Shown: piece by piece, positions 61,637-64,000 of the stretch | Position numbering within the stretch: the stretch's first letter is position 1 | Layout of the letters: the number at the start of each line of letters is the position of its first letter | Origin: Bugula neritina | Lineage: Eukaryota; Animalia; Bryozoa | Length of the DNA: 64,000 bases | NCBI GenBank assembly: GCA_964035545.1 | Contig: OZ037771.1 | Span: forward strand, 11,412,480-11,476,479 | Reading direction: 5' to 3' | Notes under the pieces: model-generated | Told to the model about the DNA's origin: nothing | The model's database searches: none | The model's input: the letters and a program-made list of their open reading frames with translations, nothing else | Position numbers and translations under genes: made by a program

Positions 61637-63877
61637 TTATTTAATGTTTCTAAGTATTCTCCTGGTGTAGTGAGACTTGCTCTCCTGGAGGGCCTCGTCC
61701 AGGCTGTTGGTAAGGTTGATCAGGTTGGGGATGTCACACTGGAGCAGCTGCGAGTGGGCGGAGTCACCTTGAGACGTGTGCAGACGTAGAAGCAGGTTTG
61801 GCTCAGATTGTCCCTGCAGACTCCGACTAGCTAGCTGTAAAACAATTCCTTAGTCAGTAGGGAGGGGGCAACTCCCACATTCAGCAATGGATAATTCAAT
61901 ATAAATAATTATGTAATTACTCCTTTACCATGATAGAAAACAAGTTCTTAGCCTGCTTAAATAGCTCTTTCCATTATTGGTTCTCACAGAGATAGGGACT
62001 ATAAACCTTCGTAAATTTTAAGTATTTACAATAATGTCATCACAGGACAAAGGCGGGTGAAAAATGTGATAAAAGCAGTGAAATAATTATTAATTATACT
62101 ATACTTCTTTACATGTAAATCAGTAAATTCAAAACTCTGTGAAACCAAAGAATGCCACGTAATAAATTATCCATTTTTAAAGTAACATTGAGGAATCAGT
62201 ATCAGGGATCACGTCTAAACTTTTATAACAAATACTATGGGCTCTAGTTTATTGTTAGAAGATTTAAAATGCAATGGCTGCAACAGTATTTCTTGAATTT
62301 CAGATGAATGACAGGTGCACCCTGTTCTTAGTGTGAATAACTGTCAGGCGCTACAGCTATGGAGTACGCGACACACAACACACATGATGTTGCTTGACTC
62401 GACTAGAGTCAGCACTCAGTAAAGCTCCTCTAGTGCATAATGCTGCCAGTCAAAGGTTAGACAGCAGCAGTTAATGTCAAACCACACGAGTAGCAAAACA
62501 TCATCTAACCTTGACATTTAGCCTCCATTCCAAGTCCCGATACTGAACAGGATGTAGACTGAGCTCATCTAAGATTAACCTGATCTCCCCTTTGTTATCC
62601 ATGTAAATGCTCACAAGCTCCTTGCAAATATCTTCAGACACTCCGAGTGTTAGAATTGAATCATGGAAGTCCACTTCATTGATCTAAAATAATAGGAACA
62701 GACTGCTGTGTAGATCACAGTCTAATGCTGTGTAGATCACAGTCTAATGTTGTGTAGATCACAGTCTAACGCTGTGTAGATCACAGTCTAATGCTGTGTA
62801 GATCACAGTCTAATGTTGTGTAGATCACAGTCTAACGCTGTGTAGATCACAGTCTAATGATGTGTAGATCACAGTCTAATGCTGTGTATATCACAGTCTA
62901 ATGCTGTGTAGATCACAGTCTAATTCTGTGTAGACCACAAACTACATAATAAGGCACTACATGAGAGAAAATTTGTCAGTCTCTAGCTAAAGTTTCTAGA
63001 TAATTTACATCCAAATAATTAAACTGAAGTAACCACAAATCTGAGAATTGCAGCAAAGCTAAGCACAGCGCTAATAATTATATTGAAAAGAAAGCACAAC
63101 TCCAAAAAATGAGTTAAAGTCGCGTGTCAGCATATTGTAATGAAGGCTCGGTATTTGAAGGATGACTGAAGTTTGACGCCAACTCTTTGGCCTTTTACCC
63201 TTTGACCTGTGTGTCGTACCCTTGACCCCTGCCCTGTGTGTCGCACACCATGACCCTTACAAGCTCATACCATCAGACATTTGAAACTGAAAGTTGAACT
63301 GCAAGAACAGAGAAGGTAGGATCTGAAGGAGCACTATCAGGTCCGTCATGATGTTAGAAAACAAGTTATCTGAGTGCCAAAAAATCAGTTAGTTAATTCT
63401 AAGAATATGCAAAAGAATTTAGTCACCAATCATGAAATATTTCTAGCTCCAACATAATTACAAGTGTTAGAAGAGGGTCATTCTGGAAGTTGACATGACG
63501 TAACACAAGGTGTAAAAGAATAGCATATTTAAACTTCTAAAACCCACCTCTTATAATCAGTAAAAATTATACACTTAGTGTCCCTTCGAACTGCTCAGGA
63601 TTTTTGTTTTAGAATGCATATTTGATCGATTGACCACTTTCATTATTGAACAAGAGTTACAGGGGAAATTCATTGTTAATCTGCATTGGCTTAATAATTT
63701 CAATGCAACAAAAACCTGATTTATTAAAAGTTTTAGTTTTAACAAATAAAATGGTCGCTTTCTTACTACATTCTTAGGTTGAAATAATATTTACCATCAG
63801 TTTTGCACTTTCAGCCAGCAAAAACATAAGCCCATCAATTAGATTTTCAACTGTGGATAACTCCAGCTTCAACTTGT
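61637..63877 (-). CDS. COMMD2: COMM domain-containing protein 2 (3' partial; 5' exons lie beyond the window)
   Basis: Exons 63877-63795 (KLKLELSTVENLIDGLMFLLAESAKLM), 62683-62510 (INEVDFHDSILTLG...YRDLEWRLNVK), 61834-61637 (LASRSLQGQSEP...YTRRILRNIK*). Matches the COMMD2 signature ESSKLM-ISELDF..LEWRLDVQLASRSL..RRVVRNIK. Confidence 0.93.
61915..62010 (+). mobile_element. Truncated SINE copy in a COMMD2 intron
   Basis: AAGTTCTTAGCC...TTCTCACAGAGATAGGGACTATAAAC. Confidence 0.6.
62704..62935. repeat. 22-bp minisatellite CTGTGTAGATCACAGTCTAATG about 19 nt from a COMMD2 acceptor
   Basis: Direct inspection. Confidence 0.95.
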
Positions 63878-64000
63878 CTACAGAAAAAATTACAATGAAT
63901 TTAACAGGTATGAATATCACATGTCAAAAATCAACTAGCAGTTACTTTGCTCTTCAAATAGCAACTTAGATAAAAATAAAACGCAATGCAAAGGAAACAA

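Overview
This is AT-rich eukaryotic (animal, probably invertebrate) genomic DNA with GT-AG introns. I see no prokaryotic operons and no CRISPR arrays. Manual splicing gives six protein-coding genes. (1-3) Three tandem 4-exon paralogs lie on the - strand at about 1.7-18.0 kb. Each has a divergent low-complexity N-terminus and a conserved ~120-aa Cys/His domain that I cannot assign to a known family. The domain contains two H-x4-C...C-x-C units, and its last exon appears homogenised by gene conversion. (4) A kinase-less MFHAS1/MASL1-like Roco gene (LRR-Roc-COR) lies on the + strand at 27.0-46.3 kb, with two homologous alternative terminal exons. (5) A TMEM26-like gene with an unusual ~290-aa acidic/Lys-rich tail lies on the - strand at 47.7-60.0 kb. 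(6) The 3' part of COMMD2 lies on the - strand at 61.6-63.9 kb. Introns carry tRNA-derived SINEs, MITEs, a non-autonomous Helitron and many minisatellites. Several minisatellites abut splice sites or have units resembling them. Most long ORFs in the supplied track are repeat-derived artefacts. All gene models and alignments were done by eye, without database searches.
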